From Candidatus Hodarchaeota archaeon (lineage in GTDB: Archaea; Asgardarchaeota; Lokiarchaeia; Sigyniarchaeales; SOKP01), in the NCBI GenBank assembly GCA_048887225.1, contig JBHLJY010000005.1, forward strand, positions 64,001 through 128,000: a DNA stretch of 64,000 nucleotides, in the 5' to 3' direction. Shown piece by piece: positions 19,366-29,891 of the stretch. The stretch's first letter is position 1. Each line of letters starts with the position of its first letter. The position numbers were made by a program, and so were the translations under genes. The notes under the pieces are model-generated. The model saw only the letters and a list, made by a program, of their open reading frames with translations, did not search any database and was not told where the DNA came from.

Positions 19366-19561
19366 ATTTTATTGTTAGCTTTGAAAGATCTTATAAACTT
19401 TTAAATAAAATATGGAATGAACACATAAAAATTTTTCTAAAGTTTAAAAGAATTATATCTTTTTTAAAAGATCTTATATTTTTGTTCATTATTAAAGCAT
19501 AAACTTTAATAAAAGAAAAAAAGGCATTAAAAAGTTTTCAACAAACTACTTTAAGATTTAG

Positions 19562-20884
19562 TTATTTAAATTTTGGTAAGTAATCTCTCTGAAGTTCAAT
19601 CAATTCGTTATAAATATTTTCGGCCATCTCAAAGCTTCCAACCTTTGGATCAATAGCTAAGCAAGCAATAGCTAAATCTTTTGAACGTGTTAAAATTGCC
19701 TCGACACATAAATCTTGAATTGATGCTTCAATTCTTAGTAAAGCAGCGATACTTTTTGGCAAGGTTCCAAGCCTTAGACCATGAATGCCATCTTTATTAA
19801 CTATAACAGGTCCCTCTAAAATTAAATCTTGAGGTAAATTATCTACAATTCCTTTATTTGGAACATTTACAGAGCTCTCATATGAATTTCTATTGGTTAA
19901 AATCGCTTCTATTATTGGTATGGCTCGCTCTCCAGATGGGAATTTTAAAAACATCCCTGCTTTAGGATATTTTCTTTTTTTCAATCGTTTATAAGTATTA
20001 TAGATTTTATAGTTGATTGCGTTTCCCTGCTGTTCCATAAGATCAATCCAATCAACCAAATCTTGAATTTTCGTATATTCATCACCAAATTGCATGTATT
20101 CAACTATATGATTATCTCCTGCATGAGGGAAATATCCAAATCTTTTGTAAACTTCAAAAGTTAAATCTGCAAACTCAAATCTATCCCATTTGTCCTTGAA
20201 ATATTCTAAACATTTTAAATGAAATTCGGGCATTAGATCTTTTCCAGTCTTAAATTCTTCTAAACCGATTAGGAAACCAAAATGATTTAAACCTATTACT
20301 GTCATTTTTAAATCTTGTAATGGCTTATTAAGCATTTTTGGAAAATGCTTGTTGAAGAATTCTATTTGATGACAGAGACCTATGAATTTTAGATTTTCAG
20401 TTGTTCTTTTAATTGCTAAACAAACTCTTGCTACTGGATTTGAATAGTTTATAAATAAAGCGTTTGGACAAATTTTCTCAGCATCCTGTATGATTTTAAC
20501 AACTTCAGGGATGATTCGTGCAGAATGAAAAAATCCACCAGGACCTCCACATTCACCCATCCTTGTTCTTGCACCATGTTTAAGTGGGATTTTATGATCT
20601 TGCCAGCGCAACTCAAATCTATTCCCTACTTCAATTGAACTTACTATAAAATCAGCATTTTTAAAAGCAGTAGGTCTATTTGTTGTCCTTTCAATACTAA
20701 ATCTATTTTCTCTTCTCTCATTTTCAGCAATCATTAATTCATAGATAATTTCTAATTTTTTTTTGTCAATATCGTGTAAAACTATCGTAGCCCCCATCAA
20801 AACATTACTTAAAAAAATATCGGACAGCATTGTGGGTCCAAATACTGCACTTCCTGCACCTACTAAAACAATTTTTTTTTCCAT
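19562..20884 (-). CDS. Glycoside hydrolase family 4 (NAD+/Mn2+-dependent alpha-glycosidase)
   Basis: VGAGSAVF, GECGGPGG, NYSNP, GLCH and GLNHFG motifs. Confidence 0.9.
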   Translation of the reverse strand: MEKKIVLVGAGSAVFGPTMLSDIFLSNVLMGATIVLHDIDKKKLEIIYELMIAENERRENRFSIERTTNRPTAFKNADFIVSSIEVGNRFELRWQDHKIPLKHGARTRMGECGGPGGFFHSARIIPEVVKIIQDAEKICPNALFINYSNPVARVCLAIKRTTENLKFIGLCHQIEFFNKHFPKMLNKPLQDLKMTVIGLNHFGFLIGLEEFKTGKDLMPEFHLKCLEYFKDKWDRFEFADLTFEVYKRFGYFPHAGDNHIVEYMQFGDEYTKIQDLVDWIDLMEQQGNAINYKIYNTYKRLKKRKYPKAGMFLKFPSGERAIPIIEAILTNRNSYESSVNVPNKGIVDNLPQDLILEGPVIVNKDGIHGLRLGTLPKSIAALLRIEASIQDLCVEAILTRSKDLAIACLAIDPKVGSFEMAENIYNELIELQRDYLPKFK

Positions 20885-20920
20885 ATGATAATTCAAAAAA
20901 TTTTTAAAAAAAATAGAATT

Positions 20921-21937
20921 TTATGGTTCTACAAGAATTTTGATTTCTCTTGTGTCAGGATCAATAGCGCACTCAAATCCTTCTTCAACAATATCATCCA
21001 ATGGAATTATTTTTGTTATAATAGGATTTGGATTAATTAGTTTCTGGGCAACTAAATCCACAGCAAATTCAAAATTTTCGCGTAAATAACCCATTATTCC
21101 TTGAATACGATTTTGATTCATCACTAGTTTAAGAAGGTTAATTGAGACTGGTTTATCCCAAAGTCCGATTTGTACAATAATACCACCTTTGCGTATTACA
21201 TCAAGCGCAGCATTTACTAATAAAGGGACACCCGAACATTCAAATACGTAGTCTACTCCTGATACCTTACGCTTATTGGATCTTTTGATCTTCGGTAATG
21301 AAAGCTTTGTTAAAGCGATATCTGGATTGAATTTTTTTGCAATTTCAAGCCTATATGGATTTTTTTCGACGACTACAATGGTACGAGCTCCTGTGAGTTT
21401 TAAACATTGTAACATAAACTGACCCATTGTTCCTAGGCCTAACACAACCGCAGAATTACCAGCTATAAAGTTTGATTCTCTTAGAGCAAGTAGCGCTGTT
21501 CCAATTTGGTCAAAAACGGTACCATGCTTATCTGGAATAGTCTCTGGAAGAGAAACGAGACAATGTTCCGGACAAAGCATATATTCCTCAAAACCTCCGT
21601 TATGCCCCAAACCTATCGCATCTCCACCAGTACATAAATTTGTAAGTCCACTCAGACAATAAAAACATTTTCCGCAATTCAAGGTAGGATCGATAGATAC
21701 TCGATCACCTTCTTTCCATCTCTTAGAAACTTCAGGGCCCTTTTCTGCTATTGTTCCCGTTATCTCATGTCCCAATATCCCCTTATCTGGCCACAATCCA
21801 GTTTTATAAAATTCTAAGTCTGATCCACAGATTCCGGCATATTTCACCTTTATTAATAAATCTTGCTTTTGGGGGATAGGTTTTGGGATATCTACAATGC
21901 GGATTTTTTGTTTACCCTCATATAATGCGGCTTTCAT
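20921..21937 (-). CDS. Zn-dependent medium-chain alcohol/polyol dehydrogenase
   Basis: GICGSD, GHE, CGKCFYC...C structural Zn site and GLGTMG. Confidence 0.92.
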   Translation of the reverse strand: MKAALYEGKQKIRIVDIPKPIPQKQDLLIKVKYAGICGSDLEFYKTGLWPDKGILGHEITGTIAEKGPEVSKRWKEGDRVSIDPTLNCGKCFYCLSGLTNLCTGGDAIGLGHNGGFEEYMLCPEHCLVSLPETIPDKHGTVFDQIGTALLALRESNFIAGNSAVVLGLGTMGQFMLQCLKLTGARTIVVVEKNPYRLEIAKKFNPDIALTKLSLPKIKRSNKRKVSGVDYVFECSGVPLLVNAALDVIRKGGIIVQIGLWDKPVSINLLKLVMNQNRIQGIMGYLRENFEFAVDLVAQKLINPNPIITKIIPLDDIVEEGFECAIDPDTREIKILVEP

Positions 21938-21950
21938 TATATCTTACCTT

Positions 21951-23741
21951 TCATTTTCTAACGGCAACTAACTCAACAACTTCTTCTTTTTTCTCCACTT
22001 CGCGTTTCCAAGATCCCGGATTATAAGCTTCTTTTGCTAGGTAATCCATTACTGTATTTACTTTAGGATTTACTCGCACATCTATAATCGCAGGAAGGCC
22101 AGAATCAAAAGCACGTTTTAAGGCAGGGCGAATTTCGTTTGGATCTGCTACTAATTCTCCATAACAATTGAAAGCTTCGGCATATTTATCATATCTCGTT
22201 TCATCGCTTAGAGATGAACCTAGACCAAAAAATTTTTTTCCATGTACCAATTTTTGGCCTCTAGCGACCATTCCCCAAAGTCTATCATTACATATGACAA
22301 CTACAAATGGAAGATCGTGCCTGCGGGCTGTATCAATTTCCTTTCCATTGAATAAAAATGAACCGTCACCAGTTAATACTAATACCTTCCTATTAGGATG
22401 AGCATATTTGGTAGCAATAGCTATAGGGACACCCCCACCAAGATGTTGAATTCCCAAACCTCCAGAAAAATACAAGGACTTAGGAAAATGGGATTTTAAG
22501 CCGGTAAGGCCCCAAACTGTAGTATCTCCACCATCTAGAATAATAAACGAATCTTCAGGCAAAAAATCACCAATCTCCTTAACTAAGCGCTGCGGGTGGA
22601 TGGGAATTTTATCGGTAGAACCATCTCTTTCAATTCGATCGTAGAATTTTTTTACTTCAGCTTGTACAGTTTTAATCCATTTAGTTTCAGATCTAGATGA
22701 ACTGATTTTTTTTTTTGTTATATTAATCATTTGGGTCAGTACCCCTTTTACATCTCCAACTATTGGTACATCGATGCCTCGATTTCTCCCAATTTCTTCA
22801 GCCTTAATATCTACTTGTATGAGTTTCGCATCATCACCGAAACATGGCATATAACCAAACATCATCATTCCAGTAATCCTGGCCCCTAATATGAGTAATA
22901 CATCAGCTCTTTGAAGCAATGTAGTACCAGGTCCATCTAAAGGGCTTGCCAATCCAAAATATAACGGATGATCAGGAGGAATTGATCCAAGACCCCAACC
23001 CCACATTCCTACGGGGATTTGAGCTAATTCTGCAAATTCTATAAGCTCTTTGGAAGCCCCTGAAAAGTTCGTTCCCGTACCTGCCATGATCAAAGGACGC
23101 TCAGCATTTAATAATAAATCGACTGCTTTGGATACAATTTTTTCATTTCCGTATGGACCGTGAAAAACACGAAGTTTTTCAACAGACTGGAAAGCTTGTT
23201 GTATAATATTTAAATTATCATCACATTCCTTCACTAGCACATCAAACGGAACAAGCAAGAGAACAGGCCCAGGACGTCCAGTTGAAGCTATTCTAAAGGC
23301 CATATTTACATATTCAGGTAATCGAGCCGTTTCGTGGCAATATCCTGCCCATTTTGTTACTGGACGAAATGAAGGCACTATATCGATCTCATTTGCAGCC
23401 AATTTCTCAAATTCCATCAACGGTGTCGCTGTACATATTGCGACCAAAGGTATTGAAGAATCCCAAGCTATAGGAATTGAAGGAAACAAATCAGTAATTC
23501 CAGGACCTGATTGGACTGAACATACTCCAATTTCGCCTGTAGCTAAATAATAGCCAATAGCGGCATGCCCCGTTGCTTGTTCATGACGAAAATCAATAAT
23601 ATCTATCCCCGTTTCTGTACATGATTTGTCTTGGCAGTAATTATAGATTAAATCATTATCTCCACAAAGCGTCCAAATAACTTTTACTCCTTGATTACTT
23701 AACGCGCGTACAATTAATTGCGCTCCATTAACCTTAACCAT
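21951..23741 (-). CDS. Thiamine-diphosphate-dependent enzyme (acetolactate synthase/lyase-like)
   Basis: RHEQ, SGPG, GRPGPV and GDGSF...N ThDP motifs; no regulatory small subunit adjacent. Confidence 0.88.
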   Translation of the reverse strand: MVKVNGAQLIVRALSNQGVKVIWTLCGDNDLIYNYCQDKSCTETGIDIIDFRHEQATGHAAIGYYLATGEIGVCSVQSGPGITDLFPSIPIAWDSSIPLVAICTATPLMEFEKLAANEIDIVPSFRPVTKWAGYCHETARLPEYVNMAFRIASTGRPGPVLLLVPFDVLVKECDDNLNIIQQAFQSVEKLRVFHGPYGNEKIVSKAVDLLLNAERPLIMAGTGTNFSGASKELIEFAELAQIPVGMWGWGLGSIPPDHPLYFGLASPLDGPGTTLLQRADVLLILGARITGMMMFGYMPCFGDDAKLIQVDIKAEEIGRNRGIDVPIVGDVKGVLTQMINITKKKISSSRSETKWIKTVQAEVKKFYDRIERDGSTDKIPIHPQRLVKEIGDFLPEDSFIILDGGDTTVWGLTGLKSHFPKSLYFSGGLGIQHLGGGVPIAIATKYAHPNRKVLVLTGDGSFLFNGKEIDTARRHDLPFVVVICNDRLWGMVARGQKLVHGKKFFGLGSSLSDETRYDKYAEAFNCYGELVADPNEIRPALKRAFDSGLPAIIDVRVNPKVNTVMDYLAKEAYNPGSWKREVEKKEEVVELVAVRK

Positions 23742-23949
23742 TTAATTTACCTCCAAATCTTTTCGTATTAATTGTTTTTGTTATATTTATAAATAGATTC
23801 TTAAATATTTAAAGCTTGAATTTGCCTTCATAAAACTGTTTACTCTTGACTTTAGGATGAAAATTAATAAGAAAAAACAAATTTGAATATCTTTACAAAT
23901 AAAAAAATTAAAATTTAAAAAAGAGAGAGAAAAAACTTATAAAAAAATT

Positions 23950-25545
23950 CTAAGGCTGAAATCCTTTTTTTGCTGCGCTGCTTGCTTTAATGATTCTATC
24001 AACCCTTAAAACTAAATTTGCCAATTCGCTTCCAGACTTTAATAAATGAGTTATCAATGCAGCTGGTTCAATGATACCTTTATTAAAATTGTTTCCTATG
24101 GTATTCGTAATAGTGTCAATTCCAATCCATTTATCAGCGTTGGTTTTATGTGCAGCTCTTAATTCTGTCAATCTTTCAATTTCATCCAAACCAGCATTAC
24201 TAATTAAGGTTTTAGGAATTTCTTCGAGCGCAAGGGCAAAGGCAGTTACAGCAATTTGTTCTTTGCCACCAATTTTATTAGCGTAATCTTTTATTCTTTT
24301 AGCGAGCTCAAGATAAATTGCTCCACCACCAGCGACTACCATTTGAGTGTCAATTATTTTGGCAATTACGGATAAAACATCGTTTAAAGTAATTTCCGCA
24401 GAGTTTAATACTTTGTCGAGGCCCCCTTTAAGTAAAATCGACACAGATTTAGGATTTTTACATCCAGTAAACATTGCGTATTCGTCATTGCCAATTTTTT
24501 CAAATTTAACTATTTCGGCATAGCCTAAATCGGTTTCGGTTAATGAAGTTAAATCATCAATTTGATTTGCCTCAACGGCTTTTAAAACCGCTTTCATATC
24601 GCTTTCGCCTAAATTTTTTATTGCTGCAATTCCTTCTCTGGCTAAATATGCACTAAACTTATCGGAAATGTCTTTATTGTTTACAATCATTTTTACTCCT
24701 AATTCCTTGAAGATCTTTAGATAATCTTGAAGAATTTTTTCTTCTTGATCCAAAAATCCTTGCATATCAGCAGGGCTAAAGATTTGGATTTGAGCATCAA
24801 ACTCTGTTTTTACAACATCTAATTTCTTTCGTAAAACAGCAATCTTCACATTTTTCAACATATCTGACATAGCAGGATTAACTTTTTCTTTTTGAATGTA
24901 AACACCGTTAATTAATTCAGAATCCTTAAGAGATTTTCCAGGAGCTTTGATAAATTTTATGTTTCCAACTTTATCAAACGTATTTTTCTCGTCAGCTATC
25001 TGCTTTACTGCTTTTAAAGCTAAATCTGCAAAAAAATCTTTTAATGGAGCAATATCTTTCGCGTTCATTGCTGTCATTGCAGCATTCTTAAGAACATCGT
25101 CGTCATCTTTTGAAATTTTAGTGGCAATTTTATTTACAATTTCAATTGCTTTATTTGCGGCTATTTTATAACCAGTGGTGATATGCTTAGGATGAAGGTC
25201 TTGCTCAATCAATTCTAAAGCGTTTTTTAGTAAAGCTGCCGAAAAAATTACCGCAGAAGTAGTTCCATCACCTATATCAGTGTCGATCGCCTTAGCTATA
25301 TTTACCATCATGATAGCAGCTACATTTTCAAGGTCTAATGCTTTAAGGATTTCTGCTCCATCATTAGTGATAGTCGTATCACCTAAAGAGTCTACTAGCA
25401 TCTTAGCCATTCCTTTAGGACCTAATGTTGTCCGTACAGTCTCAGCTATAGCCATCATAGCATTAATATTTTGTTGCCGAGCTTCTTTTTCACTAGTCTC
25501 TTCGGTTCCTTCTTTCAAAATAATGATTGGTACGCCAAATGACAT
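23950..25545 (-). CDS. ths: Thermosome / group II chaperonin subunit
   Basis: TTLGPKGM, ITNDG, GDGTTS, VAGGGA and GIIEP motifs. Confidence 0.93.
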   Translation of the reverse strand: MSFGVPIIILKEGTEETSEKEARQQNINAMMAIAETVRTTLGPKGMAKMLVDSLGDTTITNDGAEILKALDLENVAAIMMVNIAKAIDTDIGDGTTSAVIFSAALLKNALELIEQDLHPKHITTGYKIAANKAIEIVNKIATKISKDDDDVLKNAAMTAMNAKDIAPLKDFFADLALKAVKQIADEKNTFDKVGNIKFIKAPGKSLKDSELINGVYIQKEKVNPAMSDMLKNVKIAVLRKKLDVVKTEFDAQIQIFSPADMQGFLDQEEKILQDYLKIFKELGVKMIVNNKDISDKFSAYLAREGIAAIKNLGESDMKAVLKAVEANQIDDLTSLTETDLGYAEIVKFEKIGNDEYAMFTGCKNPKSVSILLKGGLDKVLNSAEITLNDVLSVIAKIIDTQMVVAGGGAIYLELAKRIKDYANKIGGKEQIAVTAFALALEEIPKTLISNAGLDEIERLTELRAAHKTNADKWIGIDTITNTIGNNFNKGIIEPAALITHLLKSGSELANLVLRVDRIIKASSAAKKGFQP

Positions 25546-25655
25546 GTTTAATCTTCCTATTAATTATTTTTAAATCCGAATTCTTAATCAATTAAAGTCA
25601 GAATATTTTTTTAATTTTATGATTTAGGGTTCTTTAAATATTATCAAAAAAGAAG

Positions 25656-26111
25656 TTAAATTTCTATATAAGAAGAATTTTTATATTCCTTTAGAACCAT
25701 ATTGGAATTCGTCCGTAAAACATATTCTTTTTCATTTAATTCTCTAATGAATCTGTGAACTTCTTCTGATTCTTTAAATCTACATATTAGGGCTGCTGAT
25801 TGCTCTCCTGTGGTATGAAATACAGAGCAAACCTCTGGCTTTTTTGTTACCTCATCTAATATTTCAGAAGTATGCTTCCCGTCAATTTGTATGCGGATTA
25901 AGAATGTTAATTTGTATCCTAGTTTAATATTGTTTAATTTTAAAGTGTAGCCTTCTATAATTTGGTTTTTTTTTAATTTTGATATGCGATTGTGAATTGT
26001 ACCAATTGAAATCCCCAGCTGATCTTGAATTTCTCTGTACGACTTACGGGCGTCCTCTTGTAATATTCTCAATATATTTCTGTCAATATCGTCAAGTTGT
26101 TCTTTTTTCAT
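25656..26111 (-). CDS. Lrp/AsnC family transcriptional regulator
   Basis: LDDIDRNILRILQEDARKSYREI...TIHNRI HTH; TG motif in the RAM domain. Confidence 0.92.
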   Translation of the reverse strand: MKKEQLDDIDRNILRILQEDARKSYREIQDQLGISIGTIHNRISKLKKNQIIEGYTLKLNNIKLGYKLTFLIRIQIDGKHTSEILDEVTKKPEVCSVFHTTGEQSAALICRFKESEEVHRFIRELNEKEYVLRTNSNMVLKEYKNSSYIEI

Positions 26112-26275
26112 GAGAAATAACCAGCAAGAAAAAATATGATTTTATTTAAAACCATTATAATTTATTTTCAAAAATATATAAAACTTGTTCAATTTTTTAA
26201 AATTCAATTAAACGATCATTTAATTAAAACTAAATTAAGTTAAAAGTTTATAAAAAAAATTCATATGTATATAAA

Positions 26276-26689
26276 CTATTTCTTATAAACCTCATCTGGG
26301 TTAAATACTTTTTTTCCTATTATCTTAAATTCCCCATCTTTAAATTCATTATAAAAACACGTGTCATACCCTTTATGACAAGCAGCCCCAATTTGTTTTA
26401 CTTTAAATAAAATTGAATCCTTATCGCAATCTGTTATAACATTTTGAATTTCTTGGACATGCCCAGATGTTTCCCCTTTTTTCCATAAAGCCTTTCGCGA
26501 TCTTGAATAGTAGTGTGAGAAACCTGTTTCCAGAGTCTTTCTAATGGCATTCTCATTTGCAAATGCTAACATTAAAACCTCACTTGTTCTATAATCTTGT
26601 GTGATTATTGGTATGATTCCGTCTTTAACTTTTGAGAAATCAAGTAATTTAATAAATTTATCAATTTCTTCAGAAGAATATTTTATCAT
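26276..26689 (-). CDS. hisI: Phosphoribosyl-AMP cyclohydrolase
   Basis: YYSRSR..LWKKGETSGH, DCDKD and ACHKG..CF motifs; ATG at 26689 preferred. Confidence 0.95.
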   Translation of the reverse strand: MIKYSSEEIDKFIKLLDFSKVKDGIIPIITQDYRTSEVLMLAFANENAIRKTLETGFSHYYSRSRKALWKKGETSGHVQEIQNVITDCDKDSILFKVKQIGAACHKGYDTCFYNEFKDGEFKIIGKKVFNPDEVYKK

Positions 26690-26756
26690 ACTTATCAAAA
26701 TTTTTATTTTGTATATATTTTTTAATATTATCAAACCAAACTAAATAAAAATTATT

Positions 26757-27887
26757 ATGTCTGACGAGTTTAAAATCGATCCGTGGTCGAGCACGAATAT
26801 CTTGGAAGAAGATTACGTACGATTAATAGAAGAATTTGGTATCGAGGAAATCAGCGATGTTATGCGCTTAAAAATAGATAATCGATTTATCAGACGCAAG
26901 ATTATATTTGGGCATCGTTCTTTAGAAGATATTGTTAAAGCAGTTGAAAAAAACAAACCTTGGGCAGTTATAAGTGGTATCAAACCGTCAGGACCTTTCC
27001 ATTTAGGCACATTAACTACGGCATTAGAAATCGTAGAGTTCCAGAAAATGGGAGCAAAAGCATATTATTGTATTGCTGACATTGAAAGTTGGGAGGATAA
27101 TGGGATTACTTATGAAGAAGCTGAAAAAGACTCAATAGATAATCTTGCTGACATTTTGGCACTTGGGCTAGATCCTTCTCCTGATAAGTGTTATGTTTGG
27201 AGACAATCAAAAGAACCTATTGTAATGGATGTGGCATTTAAGGTTGGTCGTTTATTAACACAGAATATGATTAACGCAATCTACGGTGAAAAACCTTTTG
27301 GTCTTTATTTAGCCGCACTTATTCAAGTAGGAGATATTGTTTTACCGCAAGTAATGGATGGACCCCAACCAACTGTAGTTCCGGTAGGAATTGACCAAGA
27401 TCCTCATATTCGCCTTACCAGAGATTTATCACGTAGATATTACAAAAAGAAACAAGTTGATGGAAAGGTTATTCAAGAAGCTTTTTTTTTACCTGGAGCC
27501 ACTTATCATAAATTATTACCTGGTATAGATGGGTCAGAAAAGATGGCAAAAAGAAACCCCAACAGCTATTTTACATTTAACGAGCCATTACAATCAATTA
27601 AAAAGAAAATAAAGGGTGCTTTAACAGGAGGTAGACGCAATAAGAAAGAGCAACAAGAACTTGGAGGAGAACCACAGAAATGCATGATCTATAAAATTTT
27701 AATGTATCATTTTGAAGCAGACGATGAAAAACTAACAAAAGATTTTGAAGAATGCATTAAAGGAGAACTAATGTGTGGTGAACACAAGAGAGAATGCATT
27801 GAAAAAGTTATTAAATTTGTTGAGGAACATCGGAAGAAAAAGGATAAATTAATTGATAAAAGCAGAGAGTTGTTAAATATCGATTAG
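26757..27887 (+). CDS. trpS: Tryptophanyl-tRNA synthetase (archaeal type)
   Basis: IDPW, PSGPFHLG, VPVGIDQDPHIRLTRD, KMAK (KMSKS-like) and TGGR motifs. Confidence 0.93.
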   Translation: MSDEFKIDPWSSTNILEEDYVRLIEEFGIEEISDVMRLKIDNRFIRRKIIFGHRSLEDIVKAVEKNKPWAVISGIKPSGPFHLGTLTTALEIVEFQKMGAKAYYCIADIESWEDNGITYEEAEKDSIDNLADILALGLDPSPDKCYVWRQSKEPIVMDVAFKVGRLLTQNMINAIYGEKPFGLYLAALIQVGDIVLPQVMDGPQPTVVPVGIDQDPHIRLTRDLSRRYYKKKQVDGKVIQEAFFLPGATYHKLLPGIDGSEKMAKRNPNSYFTFNEPLQSIKKKIKGALTGGRRNKKEQQELGGEPQKCMIYKILMYHFEADDEKLTKDFEECIKGELMCGEHKRECIEKVIKFVEEHRKKKDKLIDKSRELLNID

Positions 27888-27913
27888 ATATAATAAAAGG
27901 AAAAAAAAGGTAT

Positions 27914-28843
27914 TTAAGCAAATAAAGAATCGAATATATTAAATATTTCATCGACTAAATTTGGAAATTTTTCCAACAATGTTTCTTTCTTATTTTCCTC
28001 AATTATAACCGAAATATAGTAATTATATTTTTTATATATTATTCTATGCAAATACGATAAGAAGTTATCTTCTATAGTAAAGAAATTATGCTCAGTTTTT
28101 TCCTCTTCTAACATCCTTTTTAATAAGAACAGATGTTCTTTAATATTTTCTAAGAGTATTATATAATGGTCCGAATCTATTAGCTCGCTATAAAATTCAC
28201 TTATAATTATTCCATTTTGATCAAATAGAATGAGTGAAGAACATTCAAACTCTTCTAAATAATCCTCTAAAAGGATTGACAGCTCAAAAAACGCTTTATC
28301 AAAAACAGAGAGTCCGTAAGAAACCAATTGAACAATTGAAATAATGTCATAAATTGAAGTCTGTTGAAATAAAATCTTGAATTTAGGATTTTCTTTTAAG
28401 ATTTTTTCTCTTAAATCATTAATATTATAAAGTATCTCCTCACTGTCTCTTAATTGTGGATCAAATTTATGAAAGCTTATGATAAGAGGTACATTTTCCA
28501 TTTCATTATTTTGAAAATATTTTAAGATTGTATTAAGATATTCTAAACTTAAGTCAAATCTAGATTTGTCTTGGATATCAATTATATAAACGAGTAAATC
28601 GGTGCCAGCAAAATACATATCTTTATTTTTTTCGTAGAGTTCTCTGTATTGTTTTTGTCCACCCATATCCCAGTAATAAACCCTATTACCTAAAAAATTC
28701 GAAGCACTATACTCAACTTTGACAGTCGGTTTCAATTGCATTATTTCTTTTTCAAAATCAAATTTTTTATCTAAAGCTGTTAATATAGAAGTCTTACCAG
28801 CGTTGTCTAAACCACTAATAATAATTTTTATAGCATTTTCCAA
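27914..28843 (-). CDS. Rag/Arf-like small GTPase with C-terminal roadblock/longin-like domain
   Basis: G1 GLDNAGKT, G2 PT, G3 WDMGGQ, G4 HKFD, G5 TSIYD; C-terminal LILFDQNGIIISE. Confidence 0.85.
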   Translation of the reverse strand: MENAIKIIISGLDNAGKTSILTALDKKFDFEKEIMQLKPTVKVEYSASNFLGNRVYYWDMGGQKQYRELYEKNKDMYFAGTDLLVYIIDIQDKSRFDLSLEYLNTILKYFQNNEMENVPLIISFHKFDPQLRDSEEILYNINDLREKILKENPKFKILFQQTSIYDIISIVQLVSYGLSVFDKAFFELSILLEDYLEEFECSSLILFDQNGIIISEFYSELIDSDHYIILLENIKEHLFLLKRMLEEEKTEHNFFTIEDNFLSYLHRIIYKKYNYYISVIIEENKKETLLEKFPNLVDEIFNIFDSLFA

Positions 28844-29039
28844 TTAAATCACTAAAAATTTAACTTAACTTAATATAATTATTAATTAAACTTTCTTAAT
28901 TTAATATTTTCTTAATAAATCATTATCAATTTGATTGGGGGTTTTTATATTATTTCTGTAATATAAACATCATATTCGTATTTTTTACAGAGCTTTTTCA
29001 ATTAATCTTCATTTTAATAAATCTAATTTGTTGTATTAA

Positions 29040-29291
29040 TTGATTGAGAACGCAGCAAAATTTGAAAAAGAAAATAATTTTTTAGTAAATTTACAGCACC
29101 AAATTATTCGAAAATATTATAGGTTTTACAAAAAAATTCCAGAATATCACGATAAATTAGATAATTTAAATTTCAAATTAAAACTAAAAGAATCAATACA
29201 GAAGATAAGAAGAAAATTCGAAATGACGCAAAAAAGAAAAAATTATGCTGCTGTAGTAAGTGAATTTGAAGATTTATTACAAAATCATTGA
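29040..29291 (+). CDS. Hypothetical basic protein
   Basis: 83-aa ORF, TTG start, no motif. Confidence 0.35.
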   Translation: MIENAAKFEKENNFLVNLQHQIIRKYYRFYKKIPEYHDKLDNLNFKLKLKESIQKIRRKFEMTQKRKNYAAVVSEFEDLLQNH

Positions 29292-29337
29292 TATTTATGG
29301 AAAATAATCTTTTTCATTCATTATTAAAATTTTTATG

Positions 29338-29760
29338 CTATTCTCCAATAATTTGAACATAGATAGTTCTAGAGCGTGGTTTTTCATCACATTCAATAAA
29401 AATAATTTGCTGCCAGGTCCCTAATATTAGCCTCGCATTTTGGAAAGGAAATGTTTGAGAAGTTTTAATCAAGAAACTTCTTAAGTGCCCGGCTCCGTTA
29501 TAATCATGCCATGTTTTATGATGTGCGTAATTTTTTTTATAAGGAAGAATTTTTTCGAGAAAATCTTTTATATCGTGCTTAACTAATCCAGGTTCATATT
29601 CTGTAGTTGAGATTGCTCCCGTAGAACCAGCAATATGGACATTTACTAACCCATCTTTGATGCTACTTTTATTTATAGCGTCTTGAACTTGATGAGTTAT
29701 ATCAATGACATCGCAATATGCATTTGTTTTAATTTGAAATGATTTCAATATAACTGTCAT
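29338..29760 (-). CDS. yjbQ: YjbQ/UPF0047 family protein
   Basis: DIT, GST, NGAGHLRS and LGTWQQI...E.D.RSR motifs. Confidence 0.9.
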   Translation of the reverse strand: MTVILKSFQIKTNAYCDVIDITHQVQDAINKSSIKDGLVNVHIAGSTGAISTTEYEPGLVKHDIKDFLEKILPYKKNYAHHKTWHDYNGAGHLRSFLIKTSQTFPFQNARLILGTWQQIIFIECDEKPRSRTIYVQIIGE

Positions 29761-29891
29761 AAAACAACACAAAAATTCAAGCGCTATATCTTTATAGTTT
29801 AAAGAATTTATAATAAATGATATAATTAATAAATTTATTTATGATTTTAATTTAATTATTTTATATTACACTACTTCATTAAGAATAAAAA

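Noticed and set aside
27535-27560. KMAKR instead of KMSKS in TrpRS as a sign of inactivity
   Set aside because: This motif varies among archaeal TrpRS and all other motifs are intact.
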